Shown: piece by piece, positions 14,769 through 28,297 of the stretch
Position numbering within the stretch: position 1 is the stretch's first letter
Layout of the letters: each line of letters opens with the position of its first letter
Source of the DNA: Octopus vulgaris
Lineage: Eukaryota
Assembly (NCBI GenBank): GCA_951406725.2
Contig: OX597819.1
Coordinates: 19,468,001-19,532,000, forward strand
DNA length: 64,000 nt
Reading direction: 5' to 3'
Translations under genes and position numbers: made by a program
Notes under the pieces: model-generated
Told to the model about the DNA's origin: nothing
Databases searched by the model: none
Seen by the model: the letters and a program-made list of their open reading frames with translations, nothing else

Positions 14769-15946
14769 ATATATATTGTGCATATATATATATTGTGCAT
14801 ACATGCAAATATATAATTTAATGCATATTTCTGTCTATTATCTTTAAGTATTTAATTTCTAATATTGTATCTGCTATGCAGCGTTGTGTGTCCCGGGAGA
14901 CGTTTCAGTCTTTCTAAGTAAACTTTCTCCATTTACACGCATGTCAGTTTGGTTCAAATTTTCCTGTAGAATTTCGTGATGCTACACTTTCAGCAGTTTC
15001 TACTAACAACAACGACTTATTCTAAGTTTCAGATTAAATAATGATGCGTGTCTGGATTGTGGGAGGCGGAAACGTTGCAGAAGCCTTATGTGTATATGTT
15101 CCTTGTTTTTGCCTGTTTGCATGAGCATCCATAAAAACAATGCTTCAGAATAACGACTCTTGGGTGTGAAATAAGTAATACAAATAATCGAGAAAGGCAT
15201 GTGTGTCGCTACAACCGGAGTCAATTACTCTGAACGTACAGCTCATGTCTTCGGCCGCTGTGCTATTTTGTGACTATTCATTGATATCCTTGCTGCTATT
15301 TCGCATATGTTTGCCTAATTTGAACTTTTGATCAAGTTTATTCAATTCTTAATAGTTCTGAATATTGTTTCGCACATAATATACAGTAGTAAAAGCTTCC
15401 CTATGGAATTTCAAAATGAAGAAATAAAGCAGTGATGCTTGATTTAAAAAAAAAGTGTTGGTCTCTATTTAAACCTGGTTGAGAATCCCTGTCGAGAAAA
15501 GGTTCCTTGTTGGCTTGAGATCTTCTAGGACTTGAAGGAGAACAAATGAAGGGATATACATAGGCGCAATTAATTTCCTTTATAGCTTGCCCCCGCCCCA
15601 CACACACGCAGACAAAGACACATGTACACATAAACATAGATGCATACAAAGATACATACATATATGCACACGCCCATACAAATATTTAATTGGTGTAAAT
15701 ATTCACCAATGTACAACAATATATGTGTGTGTGTATGTGTGTGCATGTATATTTATATATATATATATATATAGCCCAATTATATTCTTTATTGGTGTAG
15801 ATAGCTTCATTTCAGTCTGAAATAGACGAAGAGAATGTGAAAGGGAGAAACTTGGAAATAAAAGACCCAGACTTGCGAAGAATCTAAACTTGATCCGTCG
15901 TCTCTATTTAGAGCAATGCTGAAAAGTAGACCAAACAAGTGATTAG

Positions 15947-15948
<2 letters not shown>

Positions 15949-16042
<94 letters not shown>

Positions 16043-16252
16043 AAAAAACTCACACAGAAACACACGCACACTCACACACACACATACACATGTATTTATG
16101 TGTGTATGTATACTTGTATGTATGCATGTATGTATATATGTATGTATGTATGTAAGTAAGTAAGTATGTATGTATGTGTGTATGTATGTATATATGTAAA
16201 TAAGTAAGTATCTATGTATGAATGTATGTATGTATGTAGGTATGTATGTATG
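15949..16252. repeat. (CA)n followed by (ATGT)n microsatellites
   Basis: Directly visible. Confidence 0.95.
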
Positions 16253-16620
16253 GAACGGTGTGTAGCAGTCTTTGGTATTGTTTCGCTGTTTCCGTTAGCA
16301 AACACGTTCTAAGCAGGTGATATTTAATCTGTGTGTCTTTCTGAAATAGCACTGCTACAGAAATACAACTGCTATTCTCTCAGGATACGCCGTGTTTCCA
16401 TAGCATCCGAAGTAGCTCCAGCAGAAATATTCCACCATCAGTTAGCATCCGATTCAGTCAGTCTTCTCTCTCACTCAATCTCTCTCTCTCTCTCTCTCTT
16501 TCTCTACAGCTGCTACTGCATTGCTGTCGAGTTTTTCGCAGCAACAATTCTGCATCCTCACTTTTTTCACTCGATCATTCACCTCACTGTTTTTTTTTTC
16601 TGTTCCTCACCAACGTGTTT

Positions 16621-16718
16621 TCACCATCATCATCACCACCACCACCACCACCACCACCACCACCACCACCACCACCATAATCATCATCATCATCATCATC
16701 ATCACCACCACCACCACC

Positions 16719-16777
<59 letters not shown>

Positions 16778-16818
16778 TATTATTATTATTATTCTATATT
16801 ATTATTATTATTATTATT
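16621..16818. repeat. Trinucleotide gradient (CAC)n-(CAT)n-(TAT)n
   Basis: Directly visible; gives the poly-His/poly-Tyr pseudo-ORF. Confidence 0.97.
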
Positions 16819-17322
16819 GAGTGAGAGAGCACTGCATGCCAAAACAAAATGACATCGAGGTAAAATATTCAAAGCCCAGTATACCCATCATGACTACCCG
16901 CCTGATAAGAGTACATCAGGCACATGCATCATAACCATATGTGCGCGACATGGTGATCAAAATAAACAGCATATGACCTTGCAGGTGGGGCCCAGTTAGA
17001 ATTTTCTTCTCGTCGAGTAACCCATCCCGCTCAAATGGTTTGTGAATAAGGGTTGTTTAAGGATGTTGAATGAAACACCCATGTTTCCAGAGATGAATTA
17101 TTCGAACCCCAAAAGAATCCCTCTCAACACATGGCTATGATGCAACCCCAATACCTCTGCTCGTGATCAGCGATGCACATATCGTCAGCCACTAAGGGAT
17201 ATGCTCAACTGGTTATGGTCAAATCTGTGGTATTGAGCAGAATATTTGTTCATGATAACACTTTCAATCAGTTAAGATCAGAAGCGATGAGAGCCACTGC
17301 CTCGTACTGAATCAGGCCATTC
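16819..17322 (-). mobile_element. About 500-bp non-coding interspersed repeat flanked by (ATT)n; probable 3' UTR of an R4/Dong-like LINE or a non-autonomous derivative
   Basis: Reverse complement aligns along its length with 38280-38826, which lies just downstream of an RLE ORF end. Confidence 0.8.
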
Positions 17323-17430
17323 ATTATTATTATTATTAATATTATTATTATTATTGTTATTATTAATATTGTTGTTATTATTATTATTATTTTTATTATT
17401 ATTATTATTATTATTGTTGTTATTATATTG

Positions 17431-17476
<46 letters not shown>

Positions 17477-17490
17477 CATTATTGTTGTTG

Positions 17491-17549
<59 letters not shown>

Positions 17550-17552
<3 letters not shown>

Positions 17553-19490
17553 TAGTTTTATTTTTATAGCGTGCTTTCACTTCACTACCGAGCGCAGCTC
17601 TGTGTGCCTTGGGTATGTGCTGTGATTTGTTGTGATGCTCTGATGGTTATTGTATGGAAAGTGTTCTGCGTAGGATGTGTGCAGTGCCTAGTAGTGCAAT
17701 TTTCTGTATGTTATATGTGTTTGTAAGTCCTGGTGTTTTTGTTATGTATTTGTCTGAATATTTTTTTATCATGCCTAATGCACCTACTATGATAGGAATT
17801 GTTTCTGTTTTCAGGTTCCACATTCTAGTTACCTCTATTTCCAGGTCTTTGTATTTTGAGAGTTTCTCCATTTCTTTTAGAGACACGTTGTCATCTGCCG
17901 GTATTGATACATCAATTAGAAAGCATTTTTTTCTTCATAATCTCTGACAACTATATCTGGTCTGTTGGCCTTAATTTCTCTATCTGTGTGTATCGGCATA
18001 TCCCAGAGTATGGTTGCTTTCTCGTTTTCTGTGACCTTTTCTGGTGTGTGTCTATACCATCTTTTTTTCTGTTGTCATTCCATAATGTTGGCATAGCTTC
18101 CACAGTATGTAGGTTCCAACTCTGCCATGTCTGTGAATATATTCCTTCTTAGCCAGGACTGGGCAGCTAGAGATAATATGATTTATTGTTTCTTGTCCAT
18201 CTCCACATATTCTGGAGTTACTTGTATTATTTCTTTTCATTACATGTTTTTGGTAATTTCTGGTGGGGAGGCTTTGGTCTTGTGCTGCAATTAAAAATCC
18301 CTCTGTTTCTGCTTTGAGTCCTGAGCTTCTCAACCATTGCTGTGATTTTTCTTTGTCTATTTCTTTTGCGTTTAGTTTAGTGCAGTATTTACCATGAAGG
18401 GGTTTTTCTTGCCATCGTTTTATCATGGCTCGTTGCTGTTCTATTTTTAGTTTGGATTTCATTTGTTTTATAGCTTTTGTTGTTTCTTCATCATCTTCTT
18501 CTTCTTCTTTGTGTTTATTAGGTGGTATGATTTCTTGTTTGTATTTGTCAGCTTCCTTAAATACTGAGAACAGTTTTTTGTTTTGCTCGTGTTTTGCTGC
18601 TATCTTGATCAGTTTTCCTTCCTTCTGAAGTAGGTATTTTTGCAGTCCTATGGTGGTTATTTTATAGTAGTTTTCCAGCTGTATAAGGCCTCTACCACCT
18701 TCTATACGTTGTATATATATTATTTCTATGTCAGATTTTGGGTGATGCATCCTAGATCCTGTCAGTATCTTTCTTGTTTTCCTATCTATTTTGGACAGTT
18801 CATTTCGTGTCCAGTTAAGGATATTGTAGCTGTAACTTATAACTGGCACAGCTAAAGTGTTGATACCTATTATCTTGTTTTTAGCATTGAGCTCTGTTTT
18901 TAGTATTGATCTAACTCGTCTATAATATTCTTTTTTATTTTCTCTTTCATTTGTGTGTGTTGTGTCTTATCTAGTTCATGGATTCCTAAGTATTTGTAAG
19001 TTTGGCTTTGGTCTAATTCTTTTATTTCATTGGTTTTATCTAGTGTGATATTGTTACTCTTAACTAGTTTTCCTCTTTTCATGGTTACTTTGGCGCATTT
19101 TTCTAATCCAAATTTCATATCTATTTCTTTGGTAAATCCATGAACTGTCTTTAATAGTGTTTCCAGCTGTTTGTCATTTGCAGCGTATAGTTTTAGGTCA
19201 TCCATATATAAAAGGTGGCTGATCGTTTTGCCGTAACATTTATATCCGCATCCAGTTCTATTTAGCATATCAGATAGAGGTGACAGTGCCAAGTAGAAAA
19301 GGAGTGGAGAGAGCGTGTCTCCCTGGAATATTCCTCTTCTAATGGGGATGTCTTTGGTTTTCATGAGTCCCTCTTTTGTTTGGAGGTGTAGAACTGTTTA
19401 CCATTTATTCATAGAGTGCTCTATGAATTTTATGATTGTTGGTGCTACTTTGTTAATGGCTAGTGTTTCGAGGATCCATGTGTGGGGGAT
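17550..19490 (-). mobile_element. 5'-truncated R4/Dong-clade non-LTR retrotransposon (RT, zinc knuckle, restriction-like endonuclease) with a few frameshifts
   Basis: GIFQGDTLSPLLF and HLLYMDDLKLY (RT); RICG...ETINHIISSC (knuckle); RPDIVVRD...FLIDVSIP...EKLSKY (RLE); stop at 17647 and a ~100-bp 3' UTR. (TTA)n on both sides. Confidence 0.96.
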
Positions 19491-19498
19491 TATTATTA

Positions 19499-19571
<73 letters not shown>

Positions 19572-20039
19572 AGTAAAGATATATTAACCAAGGAATTGCC
19601 AATGTATCTAAATATTCCTCTGGCTTTTATGAAAATATGGAGTCGCGACAATTTTTGCGTTGACCACTATTTTTCCAGCTTTCAAATTGCAAATATGAAC
19701 GGCGCGGATTTAGTATTGATTTCAAGTAATATCAATTGAAACAAGATGAAGATGTTGATGTATTAAATTCAAAAGTTTTCTATGGCAAAATTATGTTTTA
19801 CACCAAATAGAATGGTTATTACCATTGCGTATATTAACTTCATTATTCCTTTGAAAAAATTACGTTTAATGAAAATTTTTTCTTCAACCCCACGATTCAT
19901 AAGGCTCATTGACCTGTTTTCTTGGCGTATTACTTGACTACGATGGCAAGATTTTCCCTGAATGTGACACCAATCTTTGTGACACCAATCTTTGTAGGAT
20001 TCAATAACAACAAGAGGACAACGAGAGAGGACAAGCCTA

Positions 20040-20500
20040 TTATATGATTTCTCGTACATGACTGGTACTTCATTTTCTCCACTCGCAAATGATGCAATTT
20101 TTGACTCGGTGTGATTAGAATTCAGGAACAAAAATACTGGATGAACTGTCCCTATTATTTTGTCCTACGTGATAATAACTGTGCCAGCTCACCGCCTTAT
20201 TCGTAATTACGATACATTCAATATGTTACAATATTTTCTATTCTAAATATATTTATGTTTTTATTATATTACAGAATTTCAAGACGGTGAGGTGGCAGAA
20301 TAATTAGCAGGCCGGGTAAAATGCTTAGTGGCATTTCGTCCGTCTTTATGTTCTGAGTTCAAATTCCACCGAGGCCGGCTTTGCATTTTATTCTTTCGGA
20401 GTAAAAAACAATAGTACCATATTTGAACAATGATGTTGATGAAATTGACTTACCTCCCATAATAACTTGCTGGCCTTGTGCCAAAACTTGAAAGCAATAT
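20040..20500. mobile_element. Two SINE family 2 copies, head-to-head (about 20040-20200 minus, 20284-20500 plus)
   Basis: GACGGTGAGGTGGCAGAATAATTAGC...TTCTGAGTTCAAATTCCACCGAGG on plus; GCCAGCTCACCGCC (head, reverse) near 20185. Confidence 0.75.
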
Positions 20501-20769
20501 ATTGCATAATGTCACACTTTAAATATTTTATAATCTGCCATGATTTCAACCAGTGACCGTCAGCCGGGAACCATGTGAACCTTGAGTGTCCACATGATAT
20601 ATTTTTGCTAAAGCTCTTACACAAGAGACTGGTTATATGTATTTCTACAATGCACAAATTAATTTTGACAATTTTTAAGATGTCGAATAGCAATAGAGGG
20701 TCCACCAATGTAGAGTAAGAATCAGAGGGCCATAAGTGAAGAATGGTTTAGAACTACGGATCTAATAAT

Positions 20770-21070
20770 ATCAGTCTTCCATTTCATAATTATAATCTAC
20801 AAAACAATAAATAGATTTCAGTCGCCTTACTTTGAATATAATACCGCCTTCCATACTTTGAATATAATACCGCCTTCCATACTTTTAATAGATTGCATGC
20901 ATCGTTATTTTTCATGTATTTGAATCTTCCGTCACAAACTCGTATAATTTCCATATATCTAAGTATCTTTTTAAATAGATAAATAGATAGCATTGAATAA
21001 AGACACACATTTAAATAAATTGTAGTCTTCCATGTTTTAACACAATTATGGTTTTCCATACTTGAAATAT
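20770..21070. repeat. Degenerate ~27-bp minisatellite
   Basis: TTTGAATATAATACCGCCTTCCATACT repeated at about 20831-20884, with decayed units containing TTCCAT on both sides. Confidence 0.55.
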
Positions 21071-22053
21071 ATTATCCAGTCACTATCACATGAAAGAGAT
21101 TTACATTCAAACGTGTGTAAAATAATATATAAAACTAAAAAAAAAAAAAATAAAAAACAGAAGCGAAAGCAAAATCCTTGAGTAGAAAAAATAATAAACG
21201 TTAATAGTCTTCAGCAAGAAAAATAAATTACTTTGGCACATCTACATATATGTATTTGTGCTTTTAAGGCCTAATGAAAATATATCCTGATAACATGACT
21301 GGCATTGTGATTTGTTGAAGTATGGGAACGAGGTTAAGTTCGCGATATTGTAACTGGCGATTTACTATCGGCGAGCAAACGAAGACTAAAAGTGCAGATC
21401 TCAATGAAATGTTCATGTATTCGAAACAAAACTGGCCGGAAGCGTACCGTCTGGCAAATTATTGTTAATGACTGTCATTCTTTTTTTTTTTTACTGTTTG
21501 AATTGTTTTTTTTATTCTGTGTTCTGTTTTTATTTTTTCAGACTAAGATGCCTTCAAATTTGCAATAACATTTGACAAAACGTTGAAAATATATGTGAAT
21601 TCTACAGTAAAAAGGCACGTACTTTTGCTATGAATACTTAAAATATTCTGCTTCAAAATTGCTACGAGTTTAGGATTTGAATGATTGCGAAATACGACAC
21701 ACACAGAGTTTACCACACATCCCTCTCGTAAATCAAATTTCTATATGATAAGCATTCACTTAAACACATGAATTGTAATCATTGTAGATGCTTCTAGGGG
21801 GATTTTATTGGTATTTATTATCCTCTTACATGGTTAGGCTTCATTCACAATAAATATCACTGTATTTCAGGAAACAAAATATCGTAATTTTACCGTAACA
21901 GTTTACGACAACTTATATTCCGCACTGTGTACAACACCTATTGCCGTTATATGTACATAACAAATGAGAAAATATTTAAAAAGTAATAAGCATTCCAATG
22001 AAGCTCTGAAACTTAAGTAATGTTAGTGGTAACATATCAAAGTCCAATACGTA

Positions 22054-22398
22054 AAGGGGGTAAAGACCCCCTTCGGTCATGAATGACCATGGGATTGCAC
22101 CTAGAAAGTTACCCTCCTAGACACAAGTCCGGGCAAGGTTGTTTATGGAAGACCAGCAGTCGCCCATGCATACCAGCCTCCCCTCTCCACGCCACCAGTG
22201 TTATCCAAGGGAAAGACAAAGGTCGATACAGCTTGGCACCAGTGACGTCCCAACTCATTTCTACAGCTGAGTGAACTGGAGCAACGTGAAATAAAGTGCT
22301 TTGCTCAAGAACACAACACGCAGCCCGGTCCGGGATTCGAGCTCACAACATCACGATCGTAAGCTCGACGGTCTAACCACTGAGCCATGCGCCTTCAC
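22054..22398 (-). mobile_element. Young SINE (family 3 head, different 3' body) with a 13-bp target-site duplication
   Basis: Perfect AGTCCAATACGTA at 22041-22053 and 22399-22411; minus-strand head GTGAAGGCGCATGGCTCAGTGGTTAGA...GAGCTCGAATCCC. Confidence 0.93.
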
Positions 22399-23030
22399 AG
22401 TCCAATACGTAGCTGGATTTAAATATGTGGGTAGACGAATACCAACACCATCACTCCACCCCCCACACCATAATCATCATCTCAGCATCCACTGTCGTAT
22501 AATTGATTTCGTTCATAGACTACTCACAGTGAAAGCTGAAGAGCTAAAGAACAATTTTTACGAAGCATTCTAAGAGGTTGAGTAAACTGGGAAAATTTAT
22601 CAAGGAATCAAAGACTTGGACTCAATCCTTACAGCAAAATCTATTCCAAAATCTACTCATTAGAAATCACGTGCTGAACCTGACGATGGATAAAATCTCG
22701 CTAACGAGAACAGCATCCATCAGAAAGTCTTGCAAACGAAGAATTTTTATATCAAATCAAAAACTTATACACGATTCTTACAACCAAATAAATTCATGAA
22801 ACGGTGATAGATCAGATGTTGGAGAAATCTTGCTGCTAACATAAGCAACAATCCATCAGAAAGTTCTTCAAGCGAAGAATTTAAAAACCAATGAACAACT
22901 TAGGCATAATTCTTAGAGCTAGATGTATTCTGCTTTATATCTACGATTGGGCGTTTAACTGGACGACGTATTAGGTGTAACGTAAAAGAACAAATTCAAA
23001 GACCAATCCATCAATAGATCCTGCACATAT

Positions 23031-23256
23031 TACTCTTTTACTCTTTTACTTGTTTCAGTCATTTGACTGCGGCCATGCTGGAGCACCGCCTTTAGTCGAG
23101 CAAATCGACTCCGGGACTTATTCTTTGTAAGCCCAGTACTTATTCTATCGGTCTCTTTTTGCCGAATCGCTAAGTCACGGGGACGTAAACACACCAGTAT
23201 CGGTTGTCAAGCAATGCTAGGGGGACAAACACACACACACACATACACATATATAC

Positions 23257-23319
<63 letters not shown>

Positions 23320-23478
23320 ACAGGCTTCTTTCAGTTTCCGTCCACCAAATCCACTCACAAGGCATTGGTCGGCCGGGGCTATAGCAGAAGACACTTGCCC
23401 AAGATGCCACGCTGTGGGACTGAACCCGGAACCATGTGGTTGGTTAGCAAGCTACTTACCACACACCACTCCTGCGCC
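23031..23478 (-). mobile_element. SINE family 1, full length with internal (TA)n
   Basis: Near-identical reverse complement of 39907-40320. Confidence 0.95.
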
Positions 23479-23897
23479 TATATACATGTTTTGCTTTTTT
23501 AAAAAAGAGTAAAAGGCTGTCTCGGGTCATATAGACTATCAAGACGGTTTCGTCGGTTTCTCGGTCTCTGTGGTGTATACATTCCTCTCTCGACAAATAA
23601 CGCACATCTTCGTTGCAGGATTACTAATACACAGGGAAATTTGTATCACGTGGTTTGGGAATGGAAAGCGCATTTTTCTTACGGTTCCGAGTCCGACACC
23701 CTGATCACTAAACTATGCGCTTCCAAATATGTTAGTTTCCATTAAGGAAATTTCATTCAGAGAAATGCTGGCCGGACTGCAATTATCGTAGAAGAGATTT
23801 GTCGATTTAGACATCTAGTGGGATCGAACGTGTGTCCACGGATCTCAAACGACGACATTATATCCTCATGGACTCGTCAAGCTTTACGTGTCTTATC

Positions 23898-24325
23898 TAT
23901 CTTTTCCTTGTTTTAGTCATTAGACTGTGGCCATGCTGGGGCACTGCCTTCAAGAATTTCGTTACTTAAACGAATCGACTGTAGTGTAATTTTTTTTAAA
24001 GGCTGATACTCATTATCTCGTTCGCTTTCGCCGAACCACTAAGTTACGGGGGTGTAAAGATACCCACGCCGGCTGTGAAGCGGTGGTGGGGTCAAACACA
24101 GAAAGAAGGATACACACACACATACACGCACACACACACACACACAGATATGCGCACACACATATACGGCATGTTTCTTTCGGTTTTTGTTTACTAAAAC
24201 CACTCAAGTCTTTGGTCAGCCCAGCGATATCGTAGAAGATACACTTGCCCAAAATGCCACAGGGTGCGACTAAACGTGGAACCATGTGGTTGCGAAGCAA
24301 GATTATTAGCACACAACCAAGCTGG
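23898..24325 (-). mobile_element. SINE family 1, older copy
   Basis: GACTGTGGCCATGCTGGGGCAC...ACACTTGCCCAAAATGCCAC...GGAACCATGTGGTTG. Confidence 0.85.
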
Positions 24326-25231
24326 CCAGCAGTTTTGAGGGGACTATCGACACTAATACTTACGTAGTGTTTTACTGAGATCGAAGAATGAAAAAGTGAA
24401 ATCGACCTGAGTGAGATTTAAAAGTCACAACATAGGAGACAGCTTTACAATAAGATTGCGAACGAAATATATATGATTAACAAAAGAAGTACATGAAAGC
24501 TTATCAAATACAGGATAATATAGAATGAACAGGATAACCTATCCATATTTTGTAGAAAAATCTGTCGGAGCCCAGCCATCAGACACGAACTCACTCACAT
24601 CCCTATGATTACACGTCAAGTGCTTTATCATTAAGCTACAATGCCCGAACGACCAATTCTGTTGGAAACTTAGGGTATATAATTCTAGCTTTATAAGACG
24701 CTATCGTACTTTGAATTAAACAAAGTTTACTTTAGAAGTGTTGAGATGTATTGAAAGATACAGATATGTAAATAATTTAATTCTCAAAAGCAGGATGATG
24801 TTGATAATATAGTATGAACAGGATAAACTATCCATAGTTTGCAGAAAAATGTATCGGCGGCCAACCATGTGAATATTTATCAATTTCGACCACGTGTACG
24901 AAGTTGTTCGCTCAATTGAGGTAGCGTTGAAATTACTAAAATTTACACACACACACATTCACTCACACACTCACACGCGCATACACATACACACGCATAC
25001 ACATACACACGCATACACACACATATACACAATCATAAAATCATCCTAATATTATGATTAGAGTTTTAATCCTCATGCAAATAATTACTCTTCGTGCATC
25101 CTGGATTTTCGGTTCTACGGACAAGTTAATCTCTATCTTGATTTAAGTTCTACGTGAATTGATAGCTGAGTCTATGCGGGTGGTGCTTACTGCGATTATT
25201 TCTTAAATCTCTGATCCCAATGCTCTACATG

Positions 25232-25440
<209 letters not shown>

Positions 25441-25724
25441 TTTACATACACACCCACATTCTGATTTTCAGACAGTAAATATAATATGATATGATAAACT
25501 TAAACGATTTAATTACAGATATAATGAACCCGGCACGCTCTCACATCAACCCGGTTCCACTCTCAAATATTGTATCAAGACAAGGCTCTTCCATAAGACA
25601 TTGACACAAGATGCCATGTAGAAGGAAATTATTGGAGACCTCGTAATTTCGATGCAAAATTCTTGACGATTCGAACTTGCTCATTTAGTAGAAGAGGACA
25701 ATATAACGGCATACAATTAAGTAT

Positions 25725-26050
25725 CTCTCCGTTGGTTTCGACGACGAGGATCCCCACTTGAATTGATCAATTGAAGAACCTGCTCGAGGAGTTAATTCTG
25801 ATAAGGACTGAGCACTCTACAGACACACCTGTTCTTAGATTAGTTCTCAGGGAGATTCAGCTTGACACAGAATGTGACAAAGCTGGCCCGTTTGAAACGC
25901 ACGTACTACTTTTTGTTGCGAGCTGAGTGGAACTGGATCATCGTGAAACACGGTGTCTCGCTCAAGAATACAACGCGTCGTCGAGTATCAACCTAATAAT
26001 CTTACGTTTATAAACCGAATCCTCCAATCATTAAGTTACACACCTTCACA
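25725..26050 (-). mobile_element. SINE family 3, diverged
   Basis: Colinear with 11780-12070. Confidence 0.85.
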
Positions 26051-26164
26051 TGCCAGCAAATATAATGTACAAATCACATCAATATGTGTATCACGTGAAT
26101 TCTTCGTGATAATTGCTATAATCAATCTCTTCCCCTTATATTTTTCCTTCAATCATTCTCTCTC

Positions 26165-26210
<46 letters not shown>

Positions 26211-26899
26211 TGCATTATGTACCAAAAGTGACTTCCATGAAAGCACGAACATTTCGGCATGCGTATAGTTGCACCCAATCACCTCATTCCGGTTCTTTCA
26301 AACTATATTCTTCAATATGTCTTCAATTACTTTAAGACGGTAGAATATGGCTGTTGAGAATTTTCACTGACATTTCTTCGTGATCGTACATCCATATAAT
26401 TGATCTCTCATTGCTTATATTACCTAACATAATTTCTACATGGACTATGGAATATTTCACAACTCATTCTAATGCTTGCGTAACTACCACACCAACATGT
26501 CGCCTAGTGGACATATCACATGACATGAAAGAAACTGCCCTAATACCGAGAGAACACGTGAAAGCATGTTTACTCTTAGACATTTCAGAACTGTTTAGTG
26601 TTTCTGCAAGTACAGTTTCAAAGAATTACATAATTTAATTAACGCCATTCATTAAGTGTCTAAGTCATTCTCGCCATTAACGTCAATATGACGACTATGG
26701 CTGAGTTCACAACAGTGAATTGTAAATATATAAATTACTTTAAATGAAGTTTGTGTATCCTGGTTGTAAGAAATTCAAATATTTCTACCGCAAGACCAGC
26801 ATTAAATGATCAACAAAGACCAACAGACGAAAGGAAAAAAAACTCTCATCAGTTTGGTTCCTTTCTCTCGCTTCTTTTTTTCTTTCTGTCTTGCTTCTT

Positions 26900-27206
26900 T
26901 CATTCATTTGAATGTGGCCATGCTGAAGCACCGCCTTTAAGTATCTCAGTCGAAAACAAATCGACTCTGGTATTTATGTATTTGTTTTTCAATCTGGTCC
27001 TTGTTATATCTTTGACGTTTTGCCCAAAGTCTATAGTCCAGGTAGAAATTATGTTAGGTACTATCAGCAATGAGAGATCAATTATATGGATGTACTATCT
27101 CGCAGAAACGGCAATGGAAAATCTCTACAACAATATCCTATCGTCTTAATGCTTTGTGTAGATAAACAAATCAGCCGCAGTTGCTAATTGGTGGGAGTGT
27201 GAAACT

Positions 27207-27237
<31 letters not shown>

Positions 27238-27395
27238 TCCTACACACACATAAAGAGGGCGTGTTCAGTCTACCACATCCTCTCACAAATATTCGTCGAA
27301 CGGGGATACAATTGGAGAAAAACATCTTCGTACTGCCACACTGTGGGATTGAAACCAAATCACACCAATGAGCAGAGAGATTGTTAACCATGCGA
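26900..27395 (-). mobile_element. Degenerate, interrupted SINE family 1
   Basis: Tail TGTGGCCATGCTGAAGCACCGCCTTTA at ~26912 and head remnants (TGCCACACTGTGGGATTGAA) at ~27335. Confidence 0.6.
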
Positions 27396-28197
27396 TTTTC
27401 CCCGTGAGAAGAAAATTAGCATCTTCATAGAAAGGCCTTTCCCACACTGTTTCTGCCCGTTTGTCTGTCTACATCTTTGCTTGGATCTCTCTATTTCTCT
27501 TACACGTGTAAGTTTGTATACATTAACACTCGTTTAGCGACAAACGAATTACTTGTCGCGGTGCCATTTTTGTCTACGAGTATTATGCCATTTGGAGAAT
27601 GAAACGTTATTCTTTCACACAAAAGAACTCAAAAACATTTAATACAAGTTTCCTTCCATGACCTCATCCAATGATGATAAAATAAGGTAACAGCTATTTA
27701 CCTGCATAACGAATAAAATGCAACCTTCAAAAGTAAGATATTGACTTTTAACTGTAATGCCCCTCCTGTGTGTGTGTGTGTGTGTCTCTGTGTGTGTGTG
27801 TGCGTGTATGTGCAGGTGCAATACTCAAGATACCCGGTAATGTATTCTGTTTAATGAATGTCGTATTATATGTATATATAATGTGGTAAAATATATGCGA
27901 AGTAGAAAAATTCTGAAATATGTGGTTGTGCTTCACGTAAGAATGCCAAAATGAAATGCCAGTAAATGAATCCGTGAAAATATTTGAAATACACCAACAG
28001 ATTTGTATAGGAAATGGAACTGGGATTACTACATGTGAAGGATAATTGTATGGGAATTATTACGGAGGGGAATAAGGGTAACAAGCAAGAGATATAAATG
28101 GATGAGAGAGAGAGTGGTCACAGAATCTCAAGATCATCACCCAGCTTGAGGAAATATAGAAATGATCAATCTCACTCCCAATCACACACACACACAC

Positions 28198-28268
<71 letters not shown>

Positions 28269-28297
28269 TGTGTATATATATATGTATATATATGTGT

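Noticed and set aside
16331-16852. 173-aa ORF with a long poly-His tract
   Set aside because: The tract is the (CAC)(CAT)(TAT) microsatellite abutting a TAA-targeted element; no recognisable domain.
20831-20890. Short direct repeats as a CRISPR-like array
   Set aside because: Adjacent tandem units without unique spacers, no cas genes, eukaryotic repeat context.
21520-21620. Strong polypyrimidine tract plus CAG splice acceptor at 21541
   Set aside because: All three downstream frames close within about 35 nt and no partner exon is evident; a non-coding or terminal exon cannot be excluded.
22300-22398. tRNA gene calls for SINE heads (also 13951, 39907, 57603)
   Set aside because: They continue into multi-copy SINE bodies and lack a full cloverleaf.
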